Shown: positions 41,991-52,004, counted from the first letter of the stretch. The stretch: DNA of 64,000 nt from a bacterium (GCA_031441465.1 JANOEP010000011.1:32001-96000), one strand, 5' to 3'. Notes: generated from the sequence alone by a model not told the origin. A program made the numbers and translations.

Positions 41991-43714
41991 GGCCGGTCTC
42001 CCTTGGGTTTCGATTCGAGGAACCCCTGCGTGTGGCAGGCCTCGCAGCGCTTGTCGACCGGGCGGTACCGGACCAGGAAGTCGTCGGCGTCGCCCTCGCG
42101 GAGATGGCAGGCCTGGCAGGCCACGTGCTGATGGCCGCCGGCGAGCGGGAAGGTGGTGTCGCGATCGTGGACGAAGCGCTCCGCTTTCCAGCCGGCGGCG
42201 GTGGTGTGGCAGCGGGTGCAGTCGGTGGCGGGCGGGGTCGTCGCCGCGGCGAACTGGCCGCGGTGCGGATCCTGGTGGCACGCGTCGCAGCGTTCCGGGG
42301 TGGGGCTGAAGCGCAGGCTGTCCGAGGCGGCCCGCCGATCCGGCGCGGCCTGCCGATCCAGTGTGGCCTGCCGATCCTGTGGGGCGTGGCAGGCCCGGCA
42401 GGTGGTCGTCGCGTGCTTGCCCGAGAGCGGGAAGCGCGTGCGGCCGTGGTCGTAGGCCACCTGCCGCCACGAGGCGACGTCGTGGCAGAGCCGGCAACCC
42501 GCTTCGGCCTTCTGCGCCGTGCTCGTGCCGGCGTGGGGATCCCGGTGGCAGTCCGTGCACGCCGCCGCCGGCCGCTGCAGGGGCGTCGGCGCCCCCTGGC
42601 GCGGCGGCGCGTGGCAGGCGCTGCAGGCCACGGCGAGGTGGGCGCCCTGCAGGCCGAAACCGGTGGAGTCGTGGCGCGCGACCGTGAACGACGACGGTTT
42701 GAAGCCGTTCACGGTGTGGCAGCGGCTGCAGGCGTCGTAGGTGCGTCCCTCGGCGGCCTCCGGGTGGCGGTCTTGGTGGCAGCCGTCGCAGCGCGCGTAG
42801 ACCAGGGCGCCGCGGGGCGCGTCCGCGCGGTGGCAGGCGTCGCAGCGCAGGGCCGTGTGGCGCCCCCGCAACGGGTAGCGGGTGCGATCGTGGTCGAAGT
42901 CGCCGCCGGCGACCCGCCGCCAGTCCGCGGGATCGTGGCAGCGGGCGCAATCGGCGCCGAGGGAGCCGGCGTGGGGGTCCTTGTGGCAGGCCGCGCAGCT
43001 CGCGTGCTCGACGGGGCGGTAACGGTGCCAGGTGTCGGCAACGCCTTCGACGGTCTCGGTCGTCGCCCGGTGGCAGCGGTCGCAGGCCAGGTCGCGGTGT
43101 TTCCCTGCGAGGACGAAGTCGGCCTTGGCGTGGTCGAACCCGGGAGCGGGCTTCCAGGCGTCCGGCGTGTGGCAGGTCGTGCAGGCGCCTTCGAACTGGC
43201 CACGGTGTTCGTCGCGGTGGCAGTCCAGGCAACCGGCGCCGAGGCCCAGGTAGGTGCGGCCGGGGTTCTTGCCGCGGTCGCGGACGAGGGAGACGTCCTG
43301 GAGCAGATCCGCCCGGTGGCACTTCCGGCAGTCCAGCTTCCGGTGGGCTCCCGCCAGCGGCCACCCAGCCGCAGCGTGGTCGAAGGCGGCCGGGCCGGCC
43401 GGCCAGTGGATCAGGTCGAAGTCGCGACCCTGGTGCTCGACGTGGCAGGTTGTGCAGCGTTCGTGGCCGGCGGTGGCGTGGAGTCCGCGTCCCGCGGCCA
43501 CCCGCGTGGCGATCTCCTGGTGGCAGGCCAGGCACTTCGGGCCGACTTTCTGGTCGCCCAGCTCGTGGCAGGACGTGCACGCACGGACGCCCTCCAGGTG
43601 CTCGTGAACGCGGGAGAGCTTGCCGGGCGACAGCTGCGCCGCGGCGAGGACCGGGAATCCCGCAATCAGGACAATATTGATCGCAAAATGAGACACACGT
43701 CTCAGAACACCCAT
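41987..43714 (-). CDS. Multiheme c-type cytochrome (20 CxxCH)
   Basis: Signal peptide then QLSPGKL; 20 CxxCH motifs in FDH..FPL.G.H repeat modules. Confidence 0.92.
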   Translation of the reverse strand: MGVLRRVSHFAINIVLIAGFPVLAAAQLSPGKLSRVHEHLEGVRACTSCHELGDQKVGPKCLACHQEIATRVAAGRGLHATAGHERCTTCHVEHQGRDFDLIHWPAGPAAFDHAAAGWPLAGAHRKLDCRKCHRADLLQDVSLVRDRGKNPGRTYLGLGAGCLDCHRDEHRGQFEGACTTCHTPDAWKPAPGFDHAKADFVLAGKHRDLACDRCHRATTETVEGVADTWHRYRPVEHASCAACHKDPHAGSLGADCARCHDPADWRRVAGGDFDHDRTRYPLRGRHTALRCDACHRADAPRGALVYARCDGCHQDRHPEAAEGRTYDACSRCHTVNGFKPSSFTVARHDSTGFGLQGAHLAVACSACHAPPRQGAPTPLQRPAAACTDCHRDPHAGTSTAQKAEAGCRLCHDVASWRQVAYDHGRTRFPLSGKHATTTCRACHAPQDRQATLDRQAAPDRRAASDSLRFSPTPERCDACHQDPHRGQFAAATTPPATDCTRCHTTAAGWKAERFVHDRDTTFPLAGGHQHVACQACHLREGDADDFLVRYRPVDKRCEACHTQGFLESKPKGDRP

Positions 43715-44535
43715 CGGTACCCCAGGGCCACGGTTACGGCCACGTGGATCACCATGATGACCAACATGAGGTAAGCAAAGGGTTTGTGGATGACGTGCCA
43801 ATAGTGGAACAACTCCCGGATGCGGTTGTGGAACAGGATTCGACGACCGAGCAAGACCCGCGCCTTGGCGGCCGCCAGGACCGTCATGGAGGCCCCGGCC
43901 GGCAACTGCTTTCGTAACCGCATGCCCAGCAACATGTTGCTCAGAGGCAGGCGCCACAGGCTGCCGCTCGCCGTGGTGGCGGTCGCCAGGGTGGACATCG
44001 TGCGCGCGTCCAGCCCGTGAGCCTCGCGCAGCAGACGGTCGGCCTCCTCGAGCTGGAGCTGGATCTGTTCGATGGTCATGGCTTCGCCCAGCACGTTGCG
44101 CGGCAGTTGCAGGTACAGATACCGTCCGAACACGCCGCTGAGCGCCACGGCCATCATGGACCAGTAGCTCACTGCGACCAGGCCCTGGACCTTGAGCGAA
44201 GTGTGCAGCGTCACCAGCAGAGGTCCCGAGATTCCCAGGAAGATGTGCCCGTCGAGCCAGCGCGCGATGTGCCCTTTGCCGGCAAGCCCGTGCCAGCGCT
44301 TGCGCAGGGAGTAGAGCAGCAGCAGCAGGATCTGCAGGCTGCCGACGATGCCCAGGCCGTGGCCCACCGTGCCGGCCGGACGCAGGCTGCGGAAATCCGG
44401 GTGGTGGGGGCGCAGGTCCAACGGCAGGCTGTAGTAGTCGATTCCGACCACGAGCAGCCAGGTGATCGCGGCGGCGAGCAGGAGATAACTGAATCGCAGC
44501 ACGATGCGGAACCCGCGGGTGCTCCCGGCGGCCAT
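43702..44535 (-). CDS. His-rich inner-membrane protein (putative heme b, ferric-reductase-like)
   Basis: Several TM helices with WLDGHIFLG, LHTS, HYWHVIHKP, IHV; AAGGAG RBS. Confidence 0.75.
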   Translation of the reverse strand: MAAGSTRGFRIVLRFSYLLLAAAITWLLVVGIDYYSLPLDLRPHHPDFRSLRPAGTVGHGLGIVGSLQILLLLLYSLRKRWHGLAGKGHIARWLDGHIFLGISGPLLVTLHTSLKVQGLVAVSYWSMMAVALSGVFGRYLYLQLPRNVLGEAMTIEQIQLQLEEADRLLREAHGLDARTMSTLATATTASGSLWRLPLSNMLLGMRLRKQLPAGASMTVLAAAKARVLLGRRILFHNRIRELFHYWHVIHKPFAYLMLVIMVIHVAVTVALGYRWVF

Positions 44536-44572
44536 GGCGTCTCCTTGTCGGTCAACGGATTCGGGCGGCATC

Positions 44573-44652
44573 ATTCTAGGCTCTCTTGCTTCCGATACAA
44601 CCAGTATGTCGTGTCGCAAATGGTTGTCCTGGAGCGGCGGAGGTGATAGTTT
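44573..44652. promoter_or_regulatory. Back-to-back sigma70 promoters
   Basis: Minus strand TTGTAT-N16-TAGAAT (44600-44573); plus strand TTGTCC-N17-TAGTTT (44624-44652). Confidence 0.55.
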
Positions 44653-44726
44653 TCCCCACATGCCCGGTGCCCCGGCGGAGCGATCCCGGGGCGCCCCTTT
44701 TTCCGCGTGTGATGACGGAGGTGTCC

Positions 44727-46736
44727 ATGGACGTCAGCGGCAAGGCCAAGAGCCTCCCCGAGAACGCCTACCGCAAGCTCAAGCCCGGCGAGGAATACAT
44801 CCCCGTCGTGCCTGCCGGTCGGATCGTACCCGAGCTGACACCCTACTCCCTGATCTGGGGTCTGGTGTTCGCGGTGATCTTCTCGGCGGCGGCCGCCTAC
44901 CTGGGCCTGAAGATCGGCCAGGTGTTCGAAGCGGCCATCCCCATCACGATCCTGGCGATCGGCCTGAGCGCGAAGCGCAAGGACGCCCTGCAGCAGAACG
45001 TGATGATCCAGTCCATCGGCTCCGCCTCGGGCGTGGTCGTGGCCGGCGCCATCTTCACGCTGCCCGGCATCTACATCCTGAACCTGTCGGACAAGACCAA
45101 TTTCATGCAGATGTGCCTGGCCTCCCTGCTGGGCGGCTTCCTGGGCATCCTGTTCCTGATCCCGTTCCGCCGCTTCTTCGTCAAGGAGATGCACGGCGAG
45201 TTCCCGTTCCCCGAGGCCACCGCCAGCACCGAGGTGCTGATGGCGGGCGAGGCCGGCGGCGGCCAGGCGAGCGTGCTGGTCAAGAGCGGTCTGCTGGCCG
45301 GCGGTTTCCAGCTGTTCTCGCAGACGTGCGGCCTGTGGCGCGAGACCTTCGGCACGCCCGCCTTCGCGTGGGGCGAGTCGCTTTCGAGGAAGGTGCGCCT
45401 GGAGTTCCACATGATGACCGAGGCCGCGATCATCGGCCTGGGCTACATCATCGGCCTGCGCTACGCGCTGATCATCGCCTGCGGTTCGTTCCTGTCGTGG
45501 TGGGTCATGACTCCCATGATCGGCATCCTGGGCAAGGGCGTGACGGTCGCCGGCACGCTGTACCGCCTGGAAGCCCTCGACGGTCTGGACACGCTCATGA
45601 TCTTCCGCAACTTCGTGCGGCCGGTGGGCATCGGCGCGATCGCGATGAGCGGTCTGATCGGCGTCTGGAAGAGCCGCAGCATCATCCTGGGCGCCTTCAA
45701 GCTGGCGGCCGGCGGCGCGGCGGCCAAGTCCGCGGCCGGTGGCGTCGTCGAGCGCACGCAGCGCGACCTGCCCATGAACATCGTGACCTCGGGCCTGATC
45801 ATGACCCTGTTGGCGGTGTTCTGCTTCTTCTGGTTCATGGTGCCCGGCGTGGGCATGGGCCAGGCCCTGGCCGGCCTGGCGGTCGTGGCCGGCATCTCGT
45901 TCCTGTTCACGACGGTCGCCGCGCGCGCCATCGCCATCGTGGGCACCAACCCGGTGTCCGGCATGACCCTGATGACCCTGATCATCAGCTCGGTGGTCCT
46001 GAAGGCCGTGGGCCTGCAGGGCCAGGAGGGCATCGTGGCGGCGCTGTTGATCGGCGGCGTGGTCTGCACCGCGCTCTCGATGAGCGGCGGCTTCGTCAGC
46101 GACCTGAAGATCGGCTACTGGCTGGGCACGACGCCCTCCACCCAGGAGAAATGGAAGTTCCTGGGCACGGTCGTGGCGGCCGTCTCGGTGACCGCGGTGA
46201 TCATGATCCTGAACACCAGCTACGGCTTCTCCGGGGAGGGCGCCCTGCCCGCGCCCCAGGCCAACGCGATGGTGGCCGTGATCGAGCCCCTGATGACCGG
46301 CCAGCCGGCCCCTTGGCTGCTGTACATGGCCGGCATCTTCATGGCGCTGATCCTGCAGTGGACGGGCCTGCCGGCGCTCGCCTTCGCCCTGGGCATGTAC
46401 CTGCCCCTGGAGGTCAACACGCCGGTGTTGGCCGGCGGTCTGATCGCCTACTGGGTCGGCAAGGGCGGCAGCGAAGCGGCGCAGACCGCGCGCAAGGATC
46501 GCGGCACGCTGATCGCGAGCGGCTTCGTGGCCGGCGGCGCCATCATGGGCGTCATTGCCTCGATCATCAAGTTCGCGGGGATCCAGTCGTCCGGCGACGC
46601 CAAGTGGAGCGTGGACCGTGTCCTGGGCACGGACGGGTGGCTCGAGAACCCCGCTTCGGCCGTGCTGACGCTGGTGATGTTCTGCCTCCTGGGCTACTAC
46701 CTGTACCGCAGCTCGCGGTCGGCCGCCAAGGACTGA
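44727..46736 (+). CDS. OPT family oligopeptide transporter
   Basis: YLGLKIGQVFEAAIP, FPFPEATA, NPVSGMT, DLKIGYWLG, APQANAM. Confidence 0.92.
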   Translation: MDVSGKAKSLPENAYRKLKPGEEYIPVVPAGRIVPELTPYSLIWGLVFAVIFSAAAAYLGLKIGQVFEAAIPITILAIGLSAKRKDALQQNVMIQSIGSASGVVVAGAIFTLPGIYILNLSDKTNFMQMCLASLLGGFLGILFLIPFRRFFVKEMHGEFPFPEATASTEVLMAGEAGGGQASVLVKSGLLAGGFQLFSQTCGLWRETFGTPAFAWGESLSRKVRLEFHMMTEAAIIGLGYIIGLRYALIIACGSFLSWWVMTPMIGILGKGVTVAGTLYRLEALDGLDTLMIFRNFVRPVGIGAIAMSGLIGVWKSRSIILGAFKLAAGGAAAKSAAGGVVERTQRDLPMNIVTSGLIMTLLAVFCFFWFMVPGVGMGQALAGLAVVAGISFLFTTVAARAIAIVGTNPVSGMTLMTLIISSVVLKAVGLQGQEGIVAALLIGGVVCTALSMSGGFVSDLKIGYWLGTTPSTQEKWKFLGTVVAAVSVTAVIMILNTSYGFSGEGALPAPQANAMVAVIEPLMTGQPAPWLLYMAGIFMALILQWTGLPALAFALGMYLPLEVNTPVLAGGLIAYWVGKGGSEAAQTARKDRGTLIASGFVAGGAIMGVIASIIKFAGIQSSGDAKWSVDRVLGTDGWLENPASAVLTLVMFCLLGYYLYRSSRSAAKD

Positions 46737-46807
46737 CCCGGGGCCGGCTCGGGCCGAACGGCGATGGGGCGGCCGCGGGGCCGCCCCCTTCCATCCGGGA
46801 GACGACG

Positions 46808-47347
46808 ATGAACGCAACGACGATGCGACGGTCCTGCCTAGCGGCGGCCCTCCTGCTGGGAGTGTGCGCCGGCTGTGGCGGCAAGGGGCCGCAGACGTTG
46901 GCCACCCATGCCTTCGACGACGGGACGGGGTTGCTCGACCTGGGATTCGACGCGGCCCTCGAGACCGGTTCCGATGGCGGCGTGCTGCGGATCGAGGCAG
47001 CGCAGGATCGCGTGCTGGTCAACATCTGCGAATTGGCGGGACCGAAGGGCGACGTCGAGGCGATCGCCGTCGGCTGCCGCATCCGCAGCGAACTGCTCAG
47101 TCACCATGTCTTCCTGGATCTCTGGATCTTCCCGCGCGACGGCGAGCCGCGCCTGACGCGCACCGCCCTGCAGAACATCCGCCGGACCGTGCCCTGGACC
47201 GACATCGCGGTGCGGGTGCCGCTCAAGACGGGGGAGCAGCCCGAAAAGCTGCGCGTCGCCATCTATGCCGACGGCTCCGGCCGCATCTGGCTGGACGACC
47301 TCGTCGTCCGCGCCGGTCTCTCGGCGGATTTCGACGGCGGCCGGTGA
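46808..47347 (+). CDS. Putative lipoprotein
   Basis: LLLGVCAGC lipobox; beta-rich mature part ending WLDDL. Confidence 0.65.
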   Translation: MNATTMRRSCLAAALLLGVCAGCGGKGPQTLATHAFDDGTGLLDLGFDAALETGSDGGVLRIEAAQDRVLVNICELAGPKGDVEAIAVGCRIRSELLSHHVFLDLWIFPRDGEPRLTRTALQNIRRTVPWTDIAVRVPLKTGEQPEKLRVAIYADGSGRIWLDDLVVRAGLSADFDGGR

Positions 47348-47348
47348 C

Positions 47349-48431
47349 GTGAACCGCGTCTGGATTTCCCGCCGTGGCGGTCCCGAAACGCTGGTCCTGC
47401 GCGAGGAACCCGATCCCTCGCCGCGTCCCGGCGAGGTGCGCCTGCGCGTCGACGCCGCCGGCGTCAACTTCGCGGACGTGATGATCCGCATCGGTCTGTA
47501 TCCCGGCGCGCCGCGCTTGCCCATGGTCCCCGGTTACGAGGTCGCGGGCGTCGTGGACGCGCTGGGCGAGGGGGCGCCGGCGGACCTCGCCGGGCGTCGC
47601 GCGCTGGCCTTCTGCGAATTCGGCGGCTATGCCGACGTGGTCTGCGTGCCGGCCGGCGCCGTTTTTCCCCTGCCCGATTCCGTGAGCACGGTCGAAGCCG
47701 CCGCGTTGCCGGTGAACTTCCTGACCGCCTGGCAGATGCTCGAGGTCATGGCTCCGGCCGGACCCGGCGACACGGTGCTGATCCACGGCGCCGCCGGCGG
47801 GGTGGGCACGGCGGCGACGCAGCTGGCGCGCCGCCGCGGCGCCCGCGTGCTGGGCAGCGCCTCGCCGTCGAAGCACGCCTGGCTGCGGGAGCGGGGCGTG
47901 GAGCTGTGCCTGGACTCGCGCCGGCGCAGTTTCGCCGCGGAGGTGCGGGAAGCGACGGGCGGGCGCGGCGCGGACGTGGTGCTCGAGCCGCGCCACGGAC
48001 GCTGGATCCGCGAGAGCTACGAGAGCCTCGCGCCCACGGGCCGACTGGTGCTGTTCGGCTTCGCCGACGCGGCGACGCTCAACGGCTCGCGCCTGGCGCC
48101 GTTGCGGACGCTGATCGGCGTGCCGTGGCTGCTGATGAATCCGCTCCGGCTGGTGAACGACAACCGGGGCGTCCTGGGCGTGAACCTGGGTCGCCTGTGG
48201 GACGACCACGCCCGTGTCGCCGGCTGGATGCGGCGCATCCTCGCGCTGGCGGCGGCGGGCGAGGTGCGTCCGGTGATCGACCGCGCGTACCGTTTTCGCG
48301 ACGCCGACCGCGCCCACCTCGCATTGCAGCTGCGGCACAACCGCGGCAAGATCCTGCTGGTCAGCGACGACGCCGCCGCGCGCGGCGATCTCGGCTGCCC
48401 GGTGGGCGACCAGGAGGAATCCCGATCATGA
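47349..48431 (+). CDS. MDR-family NADPH:quinone oxidoreductase (VAT-1-like)
   Basis: AGVNFAD, PGYEVAG, HGAAGGVG, NRGKILL. Confidence 0.88.
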   Translation: MNRVWISRRGGPETLVLREEPDPSPRPGEVRLRVDAAGVNFADVMIRIGLYPGAPRLPMVPGYEVAGVVDALGEGAPADLAGRRALAFCEFGGYADVVCVPAGAVFPLPDSVSTVEAAALPVNFLTAWQMLEVMAPAGPGDTVLIHGAAGGVGTAATQLARRRGARVLGSASPSKHAWLRERGVELCLDSRRRSFAAEVREATGGRGADVVLEPRHGRWIRESYESLAPTGRLVLFGFADAATLNGSRLAPLRTLIGVPWLLMNPLRLVNDNRGVLGVNLGRLWDDHARVAGWMRRILALAAAGEVRPVIDRAYRFRDADRAHLALQLRHNRGKILLVSDDAAARGDLGCPVGDQEESRS

Positions 48432-49549
48432 GACATTTGCTCCAGCCGCGCCTGCGCGCCGTCGCCCTCACCACCCTCATCTTGGCCACCCTCGTCCTGG
48501 CCGCCCTCGCGGTCGACGCCGGGGCCGCGACACCGGCGCAGCGGGTCGCCGCCGTCGCGGCGACGCTCGCCCAGGCCAGGGAACTCGGCGCCGACAAGCG
48601 CTGCCCCGACGACTACCGCACGGCCGAAGCCGCGAACGACGTGGCGGTCGGCTGCGTGAACGGGGGCGGCGATTGCAACAGCACCCTGACCGCCGCCGAA
48701 CTGGCGGCCGCGCGCGCGCTCAGCCGCATCCGCTTCATCGAGGACCTGCGGTCGGCGCGCCACGACTGGCAGGAGGCGGCCGAGCGCTACGACCGCCTCG
48801 TCGAGCGCGTCGCCACCGTCGCGGGCCTGGTGGTCGACCCGGCGCTCTCGGGCGAAGCGGCCGGCCGGCGCGTGCTCGCGGACCTCGACCGGATGATGAC
48901 CGCGCTGCGCGTCCGGGCGGATTCGCTCGAGGCGGTCAACCGCGGCTTCGGGGCCTGGGTCGAGGGCGGTCGCGCCGTCCAGGACTCGACCATCGCCGAA
49001 TTGAGGCGCGAGCTGACCACGTCGCGGCACGCGCTCTGGGAGATGCAACTGCGGGCGGGCGTGGCCGAGGCCGACCTCTCCGCCGTCGAATCGAGGGAGA
49101 CCCGCGTGCAGGACCGCGAAACGGAGGTGCGCAGCCTCGGGCAGCTCTTCACCCCGGAAGAGGGGCAGGTCTGGCTGACCCCTGAGGGTGACGTGCGGGT
49201 GCGGCTGACGGGTTTGAAGTTCGCTTCGGGCAACGCCTGGCTGAACCCGAAGTACGACGCGCTGCTGGACAAGGCCGCCGAGGCGGTTCGCCGCTTCCCC
49301 GACCTGGTCCCTGGTGTGGAAGGCCACACCGACGACACCGGCCCCCGCGCCGCCAACCAGAAGCTGTCGCTGGCCCGCGCGCAGGCCGTGGCGGCGGCGC
49401 TGGCCAAGCGGCTGGACGCGACGACGGCGTCCCTGGCGGCGGTGGGCATGGGGCCGGACCAGCCGGTCGCCCCGAACAAGACCGACGAGGGCAAGGCCCG
49501 CAACCGGCGTATCGAGCTGGTGCTGAAGGCGGCGCGCGACGGGAATTGA
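48428..49549 (+). CDS. OmpA-family peptidoglycan-binding protein with coiled coil
   Basis: Signal peptide; EGHTD, NQKLSLARA, NRRIE. Confidence 0.88.
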   Translation: MRHLLQPRLRAVALTTLILATLVLAALAVDAGAATPAQRVAAVAATLAQARELGADKRCPDDYRTAEAANDVAVGCVNGGGDCNSTLTAAELAAARALSRIRFIEDLRSARHDWQEAAERYDRLVERVATVAGLVVDPALSGEAAGRRVLADLDRMMTALRVRADSLEAVNRGFGAWVEGGRAVQDSTIAELRRELTTSRHALWEMQLRAGVAEADLSAVESRETRVQDRETEVRSLGQLFTPEEGQVWLTPEGDVRVRLTGLKFASGNAWLNPKYDALLDKAAEAVRRFPDLVPGVEGHTDDTGPRAANQKLSLARAQAVAAALAKRLDATTASLAAVGMGPDQPVAPNKTDEGKARNRRIELVLKAARDGN

Positions 49550-49555
49550 GCGGAC

Positions 49556-50170
49556 TCAGCGCCGGTTCGCCTCCTGGGGCGCGGCGGTCGCCGGTGCGCC
49601 CGGCAGGGGATTCTCCTTGAGGATGGCGGACACGGCCTGGAAATCCTCGGTCCGCGCCACCTTGAGGATCTCGAACATCACCATCTCGGCGGTCATCACC
49701 TGGGCGCCGATGTCGCGCAGGTAGGCCAGGCCGAGGTTGCGGTTGCTGACCTGCCGCGACGAGACGGCGTCGGCCGCCACCGCCACCTGATATCCCGCCT
49801 CGAGCAGGTCGCGCGCCGTCTGGTAGACGCACACGTGCGCCTCGATCCCGCACAGCACGATCTGGTCGCGGTTCAGGCTCTTGAGCCGGCGGTTGAAGTT
49901 GTGGTCCGCGGCGCAGGAGAAGCTGATCTTCTCGATGGGCTCGTAGCGCCGCGGCAACGCGGCGAGTTCCTCGACGGTGCCGCCCAGACCGCGCGGGTAG
50001 TGCTCGGTGACCAGGACCGGGACGTCCAGCCGGTCGCAGAAGCGGATCAGGCGCGAGCAATTGGCCAGCACCAGGCCCATCTCGTGGATCAGCGGCCGGA
50101 ACTGTTCCTGGACGTCGATGACGACCAGGGCGGTGCGGTTCTTTTCCAGGCGCGGCGGCGGCTTGGGCAT
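49556..50170 (-). CDS. Isochorismatase family hydrolase
   Basis: VIDVQE, TEHYP, KISFSC, GIEAHVCVYQT. Confidence 0.9.
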   Translation of the reverse strand: MPKPPPRLEKNRTALVVIDVQEQFRPLIHEMGLVLANCSRLIRFCDRLDVPVLVTEHYPRGLGGTVEELAALPRRYEPIEKISFSCAADHNFNRRLKSLNRDQIVLCGIEAHVCVYQTARDLLEAGYQVAVAADAVSSRQVSNRNLGLAYLRDIGAQVMTAEMVMFEILKVARTEDFQAVSAILKENPLPGAPATAAPQEANRR

Positions 50171-50203
50171 CGGCGGTCCTTTCGTGGCGCGACGGCGCCG
50201 CGT

Positions 50204-51418
50204 TCATTCGCCGCGCGGCGGCGGCGCGTAGTCGGCGCAGGGATCCACGACTTCGGCGTAAGGGCTGTTCCAGCTCGTGTCGAACCAGCGCGCCAGGTCC
50301 CCGGCGACCGGCCCGCCGGCGATGAAGAAGCTCAAGTTGCGGGACTCGTGGAAGTAGTCACGTCCCCAGTTGGCGGTGCCCAGCCAGGCTTCGTCCCCGT
50401 CCTTGACCAGGTACTTCGGGTGCTCCACGCGCGCGAACGGGATGTAGCCGCCGGACCATTCCGGGATGTTCGTGAAGCGGACCTCGACGTTGTCGAGCAC
50501 GGCGAGGCTCTTGATGTGCGGCAGCGCGGCGGCGCGTTTGGCCCAGTTCGACAGGATGACCTTCACCTGCACGCCGCGCGCCGCGGCGCGGCGCAGGGCG
50601 GCGTCCAGGGTCGCGTAGTAGGTCCCGTCGCGTTCGGTGACGCCGTAGCTCAGCAGGTGCAGGCGCACCTCATGCGCGGCGCGGTCGATCAGGTCGACCA
50701 GCAGCGGCTCGTCGTGCGGCACGCCGGGCGGCAGCGCCGGCGGCGGGCTGGCCGCGAAGCGGACCGTCGCCGGCGCGTCGCCGCCCGCTTCCAGGATCCA
50801 GGGGCCGGAGTCGGTGGCGACCGCCGGCGGCGGCTCGCCGCCGGCCAGGGCCCAATCGTGCGCGAAGACGGCACCGACGGCCGTCGCGACCGCGACCGAT
50901 TCGAACCGCGCACCTAGTTCGTGGATGTGCTCGAGGGCCCGGTAATCCCAGTTCTGGCTGCCGACGAAGCAGGCGCGGTCGTCCACAACGAAGAACTTGG
51001 CGTGCTGCACGCCGCCCCACAGGCGGCGCGCGTCGAGCAAGCGCGCCTCGGCCCCGGGCAGCGCCCCGACGGCGTCGACCCATTCGGGGTAGGTCTTGTG
51101 GAAGCCCAGGTCGGCGAGCAACCGGACGCGCACGCCGCGGGCGGCCGCCGCGGACACCGCCGCCAGCACGACGTCCAAGGCGTCGTCCCGCGCGGGATCG
51201 GCGCTGATGTAGAAGACCTCGATGTCCAGGGAGCGGCGCGCCGACGCGATCATCGCAGGCCAGACGTCGCGGGCCTCGGGCAGGACGGGCTGATCCAGAA
51301 CGGTCTCGGCGGGCACGCTTTCGACCAGCTGCATGGTGCCCTGCCGCACGGCCGCCGTCGCGACGGTGAACTGCAGGAGCGCGGCGAGCGCCAGCGTTGC
51401 GAAAAGGGGCGTCTTCAT
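50204..51418 (-). CDS. Secreted phospholipase D-family protein (PLD3-like)
   Basis: Signal peptide, LVESVP, HAKFFVVD, HPKYLVKD. Confidence 0.88.
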   Translation of the reverse strand: MKTPLFATLALAALLQFTVATAAVRQGTMQLVESVPAETVLDQPVLPEARDVWPAMIASARRSLDIEVFYISADPARDDALDVVLAAVSAAAARGVRVRLLADLGFHKTYPEWVDAVGALPGAEARLLDARRLWGGVQHAKFFVVDDRACFVGSQNWDYRALEHIHELGARFESVAVATAVGAVFAHDWALAGGEPPPAVATDSGPWILEAGGDAPATVRFAASPPPALPPGVPHDEPLLVDLIDRAAHEVRLHLLSYGVTERDGTYYATLDAALRRAAARGVQVKVILSNWAKRAAALPHIKSLAVLDNVEVRFTNIPEWSGGYIPFARVEHPKYLVKDGDEAWLGTANWGRDYFHESRNLSFFIAGGPVAGDLARWFDTSWNSPYAEVVDPCADYAPPPRGE

Positions 51419-51663
51419 GGTCGGCTCCATCCGGCTGGGATCGCCCCAAACTAGCACGATCCGCCGTGACCCGCGAGGGGGGATCGCCCCGCGGGGTTCG
51501 ACGATCCTGGCGTCGACGCTAGCAAGAACCGCACCCGTGCGCGCCGGGTTCGCCGCCCGCCGCCGGCCTTCACGGATTTCACATTTGACGCGGGGGGGAA
51601 GTTGGTATATCCATGCGGCGTCGCACCGCCGACGGCGCGACGGCTCTGCACAAGGAGGGAAAC

Positions 51664-51972
51664 ATGAGCCTCGAAATCCGTTACCTGAAGTCCCGTCCGA
51701 TCTGCAAGGTGACGTTCCGTCTGCCCGCCGAGGCCGCGCCCGATGCCGAGTCCGTGCACCTGGTCGGCGAGTTCAACGACTGGAACACCACGAACTGCCC
51801 CATGACGCGCCTCAAGGACGGCGCTTTCAAGGTCGCCCTGGATCTGGAGACCGGCCGCTCGTACGGCTTCCGTTACCTCATCGACGGCAAGATCTGGGAA
51901 AACGACTGGGAAGCCCATCGCTACGAGCCGGCGCTGTCCGGCGGCGTCGAGAACTCGATCGTCGAGGTCTGA
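51664..51972 (+). CDS. Glycogen-binding early-set (CBM48-like) protein
   Basis: KVTF, VGEFNDW, YGFRYLIDG..WEND. Confidence 0.88.
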   Translation: MSLEIRYLKSRPICKVTFRLPAEAAPDAESVHLVGEFNDWNTTNCPMTRLKDGAFKVALDLETGRSYGFRYLIDGKIWENDWEAHRYEPALSGGVENSIVEV

Positions 51973-52004
51973 TCGCGCCCGCACCCGAGGGTGCCCGACG
52001 GCAG

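Noticed and set aside
51585..51611. Sigma70 promoter TTGACG..TATATC before the CBM48-like gene
   Set aside because: 15-nt spacer and weak -10; not enough support
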